Positions 44,406 to 54,600 of a stretch of 64,000 nucleotides of DNA are shown piece by piece. The notes under the pieces are model-generated. The model saw nothing but the letters and a program-made list of their open reading frames with translations, searched no databases and was not told the DNA's origin. The translations under genes were made by a program, and so were the position numbers. Each line of letters opens with the position of its first letter. Positions within the stretch are counted from its first letter, which is position 1. Source of the DNA: a virus; the IMG/VR virus record IMGVR_UViG_3300023184_003849, positions 32,001 to 96,000 of that record; one strand, written 5' to 3'.

Positions 44406-45198
44406 TGATATCTCCTAGATGCTTTTTGCCCATGGCATGAAAGTCCATGCCATGCCATGCCATGGTTTTGGGTTTCTTGTCCAATCCTGTGTATCCAATT
44501 TCAAAGTAGTCTGTGTCGAGTTGTGTAAGACGGTGCTCGGGCATGACACTAGCCAGGCCAAATGGTATGTTGTCTACTTGTAGTGTATGCCCGCTTACAA
44601 TACCCAATGCAATGCTGAGAGCATAGTCGTTACGATAGGTAGGGCCTGCGATATGATACAAGTCTTTATAGTGGCGCCAGTTTGCACGTATCATACCCAT
44701 GCAATCAAAGATGTATTGTGCTGTATTGCTCTTGCGAAACATCATCACAGTGGCCCACCACATAGGCATGCGATTATGGCCAAAATAGTCAAGACCATCA
44801 AAATCATTCATGCTGGTCATATCCCAAGCATATCTGTGACACATAAAGTCTTGCGGACTGTCAATCACAGTCTTTAACTCATTGCCACACACCACATAGT
44901 CAGCGTCTAGTACTAAGGTTTGATCCCAAGGCGTAAGTTGATATGAATCAGTTCTACCTGCGTTGTGCCACGACACAGTCGCTTGATAATCCTCAAACCA
45001 ACGTGTTCCTCCGGAAACTGGCGTCGCATTAATGACTTGATCTGCGGCAGCCAATCGTCGATCTGTTGGGTCTGCGTCCGTGACAATGGCTGTAGGGATC
45101 TTGAGGTGCCTACGAATTCTTCGAGCACTCCAGCCAGCCATAGCAACGTAGTCGGTTTGTTCATTGTCAAACGCAAATATCAATGCGCCTGTGGTCAT
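44389..45198 (-). CDS. GT-A/GT8-like glycosyltransferase
   Basis: TPWDQTLVLDADY (DxD), RNDYA. Confidence 0.75.
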   Translation of the reverse strand: MTTGALIFAFDNEQTDYVAMAGWSARRIRRHLKIPTAIVTDADPTDRRLAAADQVINATPVSGGTRWFEDYQATVSWHNAGRTDSYQLTPWDQTLVLDADYVVCGNELKTVIDSPQDFMCHRYAWDMTSMNDFDGLDYFGHNRMPMWWATVMMFRKSNTAQYIFDCMGMIRANWRHYKDLYHIAGPTYRNDYALSIALGIVSGHTLQVDNIPFGLASVMPEHRLTQLDTDYFEIGYTGLDKKPKTMAWHGMDFHAMGKKHLGDIIANTC

Positions 45199-45503
45199 CG
45201 TTTCTTACTTTGCTCATCATATTCTACTAGCCAAGCGTTCATTTGCTCTTGCCAGTGACCATGTGCCCGAGCAAACAGTTCAGGAACATTTACCCGCACA
45301 GGAGTTTCATACAAGTCCAGTAGTACAACATCCTTGTCTTGGGCACAACTGAGCAAAGTGCATTGCAAGTCAGGTCCGGCTCGCCACATGCCGCCGGCAT
45401 GCGCAAATAACATCTTGGCCTCGTATTTTTCTTTCAACACGCGGCGGGCGGCCACATGATCAAAACGTGCTCGTGCATGAGCAATTAATGTGTCAGTATT
45501 CAT
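45195..45503 (-). CDS. Hypothetical protein
   Basis: ORF track; TATAAT 6 nt before ATG. Confidence 0.75.
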   Translation of the reverse strand: MNTDTLIAHARARFDHVAARRVLKEKYEAKMLFAHAGGMWRAGPDLQCTLLSCAQDKDVVLLDLYETPVRVNVPELFARAHGHWQEQMNAWLVEYDEQSKKR

Positions 45504-45514
45504 TGTACAATTAT

Positions 45515-45549
45515 AAAAGAAAAAAGGGCAAAAGTCTACCTTTTGCCCT
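45515..45549 (-). terminator. Intrinsic terminator of the tail operon, overlapping the next promoter
   Basis: AGGGCAAAAG/CTTTTGCCCT followed by a U-tract on the minus strand. Confidence 0.75.
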
Positions 45550-45564
45550 GTTTGAGTTTGCCAA

Positions 45565-46560
45565 TTAGGCTACGCTGGCAGCAATTGTGGGTGTTCCCCA
45601 CGAATTGGTCAAAGTAGCCGAACTTGGTGGAAGATACGTGACCAATGTGGTTGGTGCTGTACCTGTGATTGTGGTTGAGGGGCTTGTGGTTGCTGTGCCA
45701 CCCGAAATGTCAGCAGTGGTACCTGCACCCGTCGATCCATCGCTGACCCAAGTTGTGACCAAGGTCAACACAGTGGTTGACGTGGCTGTGGCTGTGGTAC
45801 GAATATATTCACCAGAGTATGGTGCGGTAGCATTGTTTAACTGGAATATGGTAGTGGCCACACCAGTAAGATTGTACCATCCTGTTGTGGTGGCCAGTGT
45901 GGTTTGTGTACCTCCTGTGCCGCCAAGACGTGTGGTACCAGTGTATGCTTGAGCCGCGATGGTTTGTGAGTTTGAGTTAACGCGACCGGTGAGATTGATC
46001 GAACCGCACTGTCCTGCGAAAGTATTCCAGTCTGGATCGTTATCAGTACCAGTTGAACTTTTGCCATACTTGAGACGTACAATGCCGCCTGCATTCCAGA
46101 AATAACGTGCTTGGTCTGCTGATGGAAAGGTCACAGTGTGTGTAAATGTAATAGTCCAAGCGGCTTGTCCTGAACCAGTGGCTGTGGTTTTGCTGGTAGT
46201 GCCTGTAAAGGTTCCGTATTCAGTACCCGAGGCTATGGCATTGCCACGGTTGGTTGTGACGCTGGTAATGTCAGTACTCACGTTGGCCAAGATGCCAATT
46301 ATGTTTCCAGCAACAGGTGCAGTTCTTGATGTAAGAGTTGTGTTGGTTTGTGTTCCTGATGTGGCCAAATTATTGACTATTGTAGCCCATTGTGTAGCAG
46401 TTACTGTGTTAGTGCCAGCAGTTACTGTGGCAATATCGGTCTGACCCCATCCGGCATCACCAGATCCTGTGCTCCAAACTCTATTTAAACCAGCGGTGGT
46501 ATTTCCAGCAAAAGTATTGTAATCAGTTGCTTCTATCAATGATCCTGATGAATAAGTCAT
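45565..46560 (-). CDS. Thr/Gly-rich virion (tail fibre-associated) protein
   Basis: Composition; ARYFWNAGG motif; position in the tail module. Confidence 0.75.
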   Translation of the reverse strand: MTYSSGSLIEATDYNTFAGNTTAGLNRVWSTGSGDAGWGQTDIATVTAGTNTVTATQWATIVNNLATSGTQTNTTLTSRTAPVAGNIIGILANVSTDITSVTTNRGNAIASGTEYGTFTGTTSKTTATGSGQAAWTITFTHTVTFPSADQARYFWNAGGIVRLKYGKSSTGTDNDPDWNTFAGQCGSINLTGRVNSNSQTIAAQAYTGTTRLGGTGGTQTTLATTTGWYNLTGVATTIFQLNNATAPYSGEYIRTTATATSTTVLTLVTTWVSDGSTGAGTTADISGGTATTSPSTTITGTAPTTLVTYLPPSSATLTNSWGTPTIAASVA

Positions 46561-46572
46561 TGCTGTTCCTTC

Positions 46573-47796
46573 TTATTTGATTGTGACAATGGCTTCTACT
46601 GTGCCAAGTCCTGTATCTAATTTATCTGCCAATGCGCGACCAATGACATTAAATGCTGTGGCTTCTTCAGGCTGAGCAGATCTAGCAATCCCATCACCTG
46701 CTGACACCAACCGATCACCTTTACGTACGGCACCTGTTACACGTACAGGAACCCGACCTGTCATGGCCACTGGCGGGTGCGTATCATTTTCACCTGCGCC
46801 ACCGTTCATGGTAAATGCAGGGCGGGTAGAAATTACACCAAACACATTGTTACTGGCATCTGTTCGGACCATGGTAATTTCAGCCGACCCACCTAGTTCA
46901 ACCACAGTACCTGGTGTGTAGATTTCGTCTGCGGCAAAGCGTTCTGCTACGTCAGCATACAATGCTGTGGTGGCTGTGGCAAAAATTGTGTTAAAGTAAC
47001 TGCCCGAACTACCGATATTTCCAATAGCATTGCCGGCACCATTGGTGATAGCAGTGGCAGCACCGCCGGTGTTTATGGTTATGGCACCAGTGACGTTCAG
47101 TGTGCCTCCAGTTACAAGATTGCCGCCAGTTACAGTACCAGCGGCAGACACAGTACCCGAGGCTGCAAGATTGGTTCCTGTGACATTGCCATAAACAGCG
47201 TTGTTGGCAATGCCAGTGGCCAATGTAAGACCAGGACTGACGGTTTGTACACCCCATCCACCTGCCACTGAACTGCCTGGGGTAAAGGTTTGATCCTTGC
47301 TGATCATGCCAACAATGGTATTAGCCGCATAGAGTTCAATTACACTGTGTGTTACTGCTGTGTTGTCAGTGATGGTAGCAACAATAGCACCTGTGGTACC
47401 TGTGCCTGGCGTGTAAGCAGGTCCTACCACAATCCAAGCAGAACCAGTCCAAACATTCAGTTGTTGGTTGACAGTATCGTACCACAAATCACCTGTTACA
47501 TTGTTACTTGGAGCACTAGATGCCGAAGTAGCACCACCAAGGGTTTTAAATCCAGTACCGTTGTACACTTGCATGGTTCCAGTGGTCTTGTTAAACCAAA
47601 GTTGACCAGTAAGTGGTGCTCCAGGTGCGCTGGTATTGGCACCATTTTCTAGCAATCGAATAAAGTTATCGTCTAGAAATTGTCCATAGCCGGCCCAGTT
47701 TTTGCCTACCAAAGTCATGCTGGACGCAGTGTTTACAGTTCCGTCCGCTATGGTAGCAAAAATTGCGCCATCAGTTAGTGTAATTGTATATGCCAT
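46573..47796 (-). CDS. Tail fibre/spike protein with C-terminal intramolecular chaperone-like domain
   Basis: LVGKN..GYG..NF..LLEN, GQLWF/GDLWYD repeats; YADVAERF...VAMTGRVPV..KGD.LV. Confidence 0.8.
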   Translation of the reverse strand: MAYTITLTDGAIFATIADGTVNTASSMTLVGKNWAGYGQFLDDNFIRLLENGANTSAPGAPLTGQLWFNKTTGTMQVYNGTGFKTLGGATSASSAPSNNVTGDLWYDTVNQQLNVWTGSAWIVVGPAYTPGTGTTGAIVATITDNTAVTHSVIELYAANTIVGMISKDQTFTPGSSVAGGWGVQTVSPGLTLATGIANNAVYGNVTGTNLAASGTVSAAGTVTGGNLVTGGTLNVTGAITINTGGAATAITNGAGNAIGNIGSSGSYFNTIFATATTALYADVAERFAADEIYTPGTVVELGGSAEITMVRTDASNNVFGVISTRPAFTMNGGAGENDTHPPVAMTGRVPVRVTGAVRKGDRLVSAGDGIARSAQPEEATAFNVIGRALADKLDTGLGTVEAIVTIK

Positions 47797-47823
47797 TTGT
47801 TACTCCGAATACTCTATCTCTAT

Positions 47824-48438
47824 TTATGCTACGCTCAAGTTGGTTAGAGTCTGTATACGCACAGTGTAATCGATTTGTATTTGGCGATTTAGACTCTTTT
47901 GCACAGGGTGAAAAATCACATGGGTCAGCAGTCGATCTGCTGTGGTTCCTGTCCATGCTTTCAACCCCAATTCATCAAACACATATTCACCATTAAAATT
48001 GGTTGAATTATCAAATGCTTGCTGTCCTGGAGGCTCTCCATAATCCAGTAAACATGTGACCAAAATGTCAGTGTAAACCTTGCCAGACGTATGCAACACA
48101 GTCATTTTGTTGTTGGTAGGATCTGTATCGGCTGCTGAGTTGTCATCAACAACTTTGGCATAGGTTTGATTGTAGAGATCTGCATTGATGCCAGTGGTAT
48201 TTGGGGGCAAATATGTAATGATTCCAGTGGGATCTACACTGCTTCCACCATTGCCAAATGCCATTTCATAAATCCAGCCACCGCCCTGTGCGCTGGTTCT
48301 ATTGCTGAGAGTTTCAGCCAGGCTAATGCTCATGTTTTCGTAATGAATTGCATTCTTCTTGTCAACAAATACTTCTTTGGAATTTGGATCAAATATCTTT
48401 ACAAATCCCTCGATTTTTACCATGCCAGGAGAAATCAT
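47824..48438 (-). CDS. Virion/baseplate structural protein
   Basis: NAIHYEN, MAFGNGG, FDELGL, LTHVIFHPVQKS; context. Confidence 0.7.
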   Translation of the reverse strand: MISPGMVKIEGFVKIFDPNSKEVFVDKKNAIHYENMSISLAETLSNRTSAQGGGWIYEMAFGNGGSSVDPTGIITYLPPNTTGINADLYNQTYAKVVDDNSAADTDPTNNKMTVLHTSGKVYTDILVTCLLDYGEPPGQQAFDNSTNFNGEYVFDELGLKAWTGTTADRLLTHVIFHPVQKSLNRQIQIDYTVRIQTLTNLSVA

Positions 48439-48581
48439 GCTCTAGTCTCCACAAAAATTTGTTTGGTTTTGGGATCAAAAATCTTCACAAATCCTGTAAC
48501 CGAAACTGATCCCTGTTCATTAGGGCGTTTGGGTTGAGAGTCGGTTTTTTGTTTGACAGATTGTTGATTATTTTGCATCAT
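48435..48581 (-). CDS. 48-aa protein (…PNEQGSVSVTGFVKIFDPKTKQIFVETRA)
   Basis: Translated by hand; TAAATA box before ATG; ATGA coupling. Confidence 0.7.
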   Translation of the reverse strand: MMQNNQQSVKQKTDSQPKRPNEQGSVSVTGFVKIFDPKTKQIFVETRA

Positions 48582-48600
48582 GTTTTATTTACCTTGTTCT

Positions 48601-51600
48601 TTAGCCTCTAAAAAACTCGGCGGCTTCAGTGTTGGTATATTCCAAACCCACACCATCGTAAGCAGTGGTCGAACCCGCACCGTACCAACTGAGTCCTTGA
48701 CGTACTTGAATTGTGACCTGATAACCTGCTGTGGGTGCTGTGGTAAATTGTACTGTGACTGGGTTGTCTCCAGTGACTGAGTACCCACTGGTTTGCAGAA
48801 GTCCGCCTACATAAACCAAAACAGCCTGCTCGTCAAAAGTGGAATCTTCTTGGCTTAGATCTACATCTGCTGTGAAGATAGTGGTAGTTCCGTCTGCCAA
48901 GGTGTTAGATCCTTCATAATGATCTTGATATTCTACCGGTGCTAAATTGTCTCGGTTGAGATTGTATACAGTGTCACCTGTTGAGTGCAATGTCACAGCA
49001 GTGCCTGCCGTACCTCTCAACAGACTGCTCACTGTGTTGGTGATTGTATCGCGTTGACGATACATGATGCGCTCGCCATTGACTGTTAGAACTCCCCATA
49101 TGTTATTGGCAAGATCAGGTTCCGCAAGTGCACCTGCATCGTTGACATATATTGTGTCCTGGTCAGCATACAATGTTTGAACCAATTCAGTGGTGGTTGC
49201 TGATGTCATTCTATATGTGGCCTGAACGCCACGCATGTCTTGGAAAATACGCAATTCCAAACCAGTTATTGGATCACTTTCAAGCACCACAATGACAGAG
49301 CCATTGGCTGGCGCAGTATTGAAAGTTACTTCGGCCACTGTGCTGTCACTGCTGACTGTGTATTGATCTGGAGATATTACCACATTGTTCACTGCTACCT
49401 CAACGTCCAATGAAGCAGTGGGTGCATAGTAAGGCCCAGTTGTGGAGCCGTCCCCATAAGAAAGGTTGAATTGTCTAGAGTACACACGGAAGTCCAAGGT
49501 GTCAAAGACAGCACCAGGAACAAGTTCTTCTGGAGCATGACTTTCATATGGACCAACAAATTGGCCGCCATCAACATTGATATCTGTGGCTCTGGTTCCC
49601 AAGTAGGGATCTAAAAAACTGCTTTCGTAGATGGCATCAAGTATGGCCGGATCATATGTGGGACGCCCCTCAGGTCCATAACTGATGTTGTCAAAAGGAT
49701 TTATGTCAAAATTCCCTACATCAAATCCAGTGTTTTGTGAAAATGTGGGTGCCAACACCTGCACCCCGGGATAGGCAATTCCATCAATCAACAACGGTAA
49801 ATCCAGTCCTGGTTCATTGGGTCCTGGCACATAGTAACCCATGGTGCGATCAACGCCACTTAGAGCACTGGCTGGAATCAACAGCCAATTGTCAGGATCA
49901 AATTCGGCAGATTGCACAGGCGTACTGTCACCGCTGTTGGCTTGCCATACTCTGTTGTCATAGCGCACTTGAACGCCGTTGTCATAAGCCACGTTGGCTT
50001 GCCAAGTTTCAATTGTCGTGGTGTATTGATAACGATCGTACCGGATAGTGGTGTTGATGCTACGAACCAAATCGTTGCCCATGACAGCCACGATCCGTCC
50101 TCCTGTACCGTTACCACCCGAAACAGTTATGATGGCTGTTGAGGTATAACCTGACCCTGGGTCAGTTATAGTAACAGAACTGATCACGCCTGCGCTGTTG
50201 ACAGTGGCTGTCATTGTGGCCTGAGACACACAGTCTCCTGTGACAGTAAGTTCAGGTGCAACTGTGTAGCCACTGCCGCCGTCGGCAATGACCACATCCT
50301 GAATGCTGAGAGTGTAGTTTTCAAACCAAAAACTGTAAGGTTGAGTTTGCCATAAAGCACTGTCAGGATCAACGTCACTGTAGGTACTGGGATGGCCTGT
50401 TCCTGTGGCTGTACTCAAAGTATAAGGAGTCAACACAGGACTCATGTACTGATTGGGCACTTGTGTGGTATTGTAAAATGCTGGCAAATCAAAGTCAGCC
50501 AGAGTACCTTGATACACATCAAGACCGTTATAGATCAAATTGAATTCACGTATTTGCACATGATAGGGTTTGACTTCTTGAATATAGTTCAACACAAAAT
50601 CTTGATTGTCTCTTTGATATGTTTGATAAGGAATCAACTGACGAATTTTGTGGTCAACGTCAATCAAACTGGTCTTGGTCAGCCACTCAGGTGCTTCAAA
50701 TTCGCTCAGCACAAAGTTGAACATAAGGATCAATGCACGGTTGCGTTCGATCAGTAGATCTCCAATCAACAACTGCTCGTTGATTGCCTGTATAATCTTC
50801 CTGGTTTCTGTCACAGGCTCTTGATCAAAGTGCTGTGCATCAAAAACCTCAACATCAAATCCATAACGACCCAGAGCATAATCCCACAGTTCGGCTAGGA
50901 ACTGTATGGTTCCGTCCTGTAAACCCACTCGATCCCATCCTGTGTTGGTTCTCAAGTATATTTCAAATTTGCCTTGACTGTTGGCAGTAACTTTGACACT
51001 ACTGCCCACAGGAGCCGCTGTCAGACTTAGAGTGTTGAGAGTGGCCACATTGGACACTTCAGCAATGATCTTGACACTTGAATTGTAGCCCGGCAAATAC
51101 CATGTGACATATTCCCAATAGTTCCTAGTGTCATAATTTTGCACACGACTCAAGAACAGAGTAGCAAAAGTCTTGGGAGTGGTTACTGTGTAAATGGTCC
51201 ACAAACCGTTTTGAGTGCTGTCGCTGACCACCAGATACTTGTAGCCTACTGGTACTTGAACTAGATCCTGATAACTGAGTTCTTCGATGTTGGCCACACG
51301 CTTGTTCCAGGCTCCAGTGCCTGTTTGAGGTTCTGGTTCACTGCTGTTCAACAAATTAAAACTGCGAATTTCTGATATGGGATACTGTAGCAACACTGCA
51401 TTCACGTACTGCAAATAATTTTGCAGAGCCAAAAATCTGTTGTCAAACATGCTTTGTCTAGGGCGGAACTGCACACCATAGCGTTGTGCAGGACTCAACC
51501 CAGGATCAGGCACAAGAGCCCCCAATGGATCTGCACCACATAAACTGTCTTGTAATTTTTGATAGAGGTTGTCTGGCAAAAATCCATCAGCACGATCTTG

Positions 51601-54600
51601 AGGCAACAGATCATACTGTACATGCACATTGTTGTCTGTAAATTGTCTGTCAAATTCGATGCTGATCACAGTGTCGCTGGCACTGAGTTGATCCTGCGCA
51701 TTGTATATCGCTGTGGCACTGGGACTTACAAATGCCACATAAGGAATACCACTGCTACGGGGATCAGCAATGTATCGTGCAATACCAGATGGGCTGAGAG
51801 TTTTGCCTATGGTGGTATTGATTGTGGTGATATTTTTGACCCAAAAATAATAGGTGGTTGCAAATACCCCAGCGGTATTCAAACCAGTGGTAACACTGTA
51901 ATTGACTGTGTTTTTGGGCACTCCAGGGCCTGCATAGTTGGCAGGTGGCACTGAACTGGCTGTCCATTGGTATACATCAACACTTGATCCAGGGAACGTT
52001 TGTCCCCAGCGTCGTGCCGCATACACAATGTCATCTTGGTTGGGATCAATAAATCTCACTGAATTAGTATCCCACCAAATTTGACCCACATAGGAAGTTG
52101 CCCAAATTCTTCCATTGTTGTTTTTTGCGCCCACATTGTAGGCAGCAGGATCGACAGCACCAATATAATCGATATTTTGTCGTGCCGCACCCAATATTTT
52201 GCCTTGTAAAGGATCAAAGAAATCCAAAAATGCTGTTTTTGCGCTGGTAATTCTATCATAAGTGAACACACCATTGATCAAAGAAACATCTACCACCGGC
52301 TGTTGTAGGTTGGTCACCCGCCAGGATGGAGAAAGATCAGGATTGTTAAATATGCTCACAGCACCATAATTTTGTGCTATCAATGTGCTGTCACCAAGGT
52401 CATCACCGGGACTGCCCGCCAACAAAATACCATTGGTATAATCAACCGCGGTTCCATAACGGTCCAATTCGCTCACTGTTTGATCATAAATCTGTAGACC
52501 AAATGCAAATTTGCCGGGTGTGGCCGCTGAATCAGTTGCGCTGGCAAAATAATCATATGTGTAAACTGCACCGCTCTGTACCAATGGTCCGACAAATGCT
52601 GTGGTCTTGCTGTCAAAATAAGTGTTGCCACTGTCAAAAGTTGTGGGTCTATACAAATTGCCACGTGGTGCCCCCACTGTGAGTGTGAGGGCACTGGTAT
52701 CAATATTCACAGCACTTCCAAATCCAGCATAGGCCACTGGATACGGGCTCACAATTGTTTGAGTGTAGACAAAAGTTTCAAACACCATGCTGTCAAAAAT
52801 GTTGCCAATCAGGCCAGGAAGCACAGTCAACTTGTTGCCAGACACTGCCGCATCGGTATTTTCAACGCTGATTGTGAGCAAACCAAACCCTTGTGTTCCA
52901 GGCACTGAACCAGCATAGGCAATCACATTGGGTACAGTGCTGTTGTTGATATCCTGTGCCAGTACTGCGGCCCAACTACTGGGTGTCCAGTAGTTGGTAT
53001 CATTCAAAGATGTACCCACTGGCACAGTCTGCACAGCAATCCAAAGACCTTGGTTGTATTCTACTATGGTATCTACAGCAAAAGTCAGCGCACTGTTCCA
53101 AGACACAGGAGCACTCAGTGCCACTTCCATGTTGTTTATTCTAATGGTGTTGCCAGGGTTCAATCTGGCATTGATGGTTGAGGTTGTGACTCCATACACA
53201 CGACTTTGATTTACTTGTCTTTCTACCGCGCCTGCTTGTGGCAGAATACTACCATCTTGCGGAGCACCTGCATAAAGGCTACAGTTGTATCTACAAAGAT
53301 CAACAGCCTGCCCATAATTTGCATTTTCAAAGGCAGCATTGGATCCAATGATTTGTAGCAGACTAAATGTGTTTATTTCAATTTCCAGTATGTCTCCTAC
53401 TGCGGCAGGAGATGCCAGTGTGATCTCGTTGGCACCTGTAACTGTATATTCACTAGATGTACTTCCTGCTGTGTCTGACAAAAATTCATTGTTGAGTATG
53501 ACTGAGGTAGGAGACACCAGTGGTGCATCAGTGGTGTATACTGTTTGTGTATTACTGGTCACAATGAATCTTTGCACCGACCTGTCATACACATATACTG
53601 CTCCTGCGCCAGACACACTGTTATAAGAATCGCCAGAACAGCCCACAATCACTTGCCTGCCATCTGTTGAGCAACTGACTGATTGACCAAATCTTGCATT
53701 GGCTGCTAGGCCTTGTGGTGCCAATGCGTCAACATAAGTGTAGTAACTTTGTGTAATCACATCCACCGTGCCAGTTGGTGCAACAGTAAAGGTTATGTTT
53801 CTGGTGGCAGTGTCAAAAGAGTAATCTATATTAGGCCGTTGAATCGTGCCATTTACTGTGACTTTGAAACTGTAAATATTTTTGGCACTGTACAAGTATT
53901 CATTCAAAGAAAATGTCAAAGTTACACCGTTGCCTGTGAATGTTTTTTCAACTCTTCGACCAATTTTTAACACAAGATCTTGAACTGGAATAGAATTTAA
54001 CACCACCGTGGTGTCTGTCACAGTGTAATCGGTGCTGTAGGTCAACAGTTGATTGTTGAGGACCACAAACAGTTGTTGATACTCTCCTGAATCTATTATG
54101 ACATCATTGTTGTATTGAAACACAAATTGTGTGCCATTTGTTGTGTATTGTACCAGTTGATTTTGTACCTCAACAAGGCTGTAGGCAAACACCTGATTGA
54201 TACCCGGAGCCCCAATGTACATCCAGTGTTCATCAGCACTGACCACAACACTGGTACCAAATTCACTGCCAGAATCTATGTAGGTGTCATCGGGCACGGT
54301 CAACAGATTTGACAACAAGAAAGTGGGACTATTGGGGAATCTATAAATTATGCCCACATACCCAGAATTGGCACTTGAGTCTGATCCAATGCTGTCAGGT
54401 GCACCCACTGCGGCCCATGTTTGACTGCCAATGCTGACGCAGGACCCAAAACCGTATGTGCCAGGATTATCACATTCAATTCTGCTGTTTTGAGTAAAGG
54501 GGTTGCCTGATGTTCTGACAAAAGTGTATACTGCCCCTGACTGTGTGTCTCCGTAACTGGGAGCCCCCACAATAGCATAGACATTTTCGTGTGCTTGATC

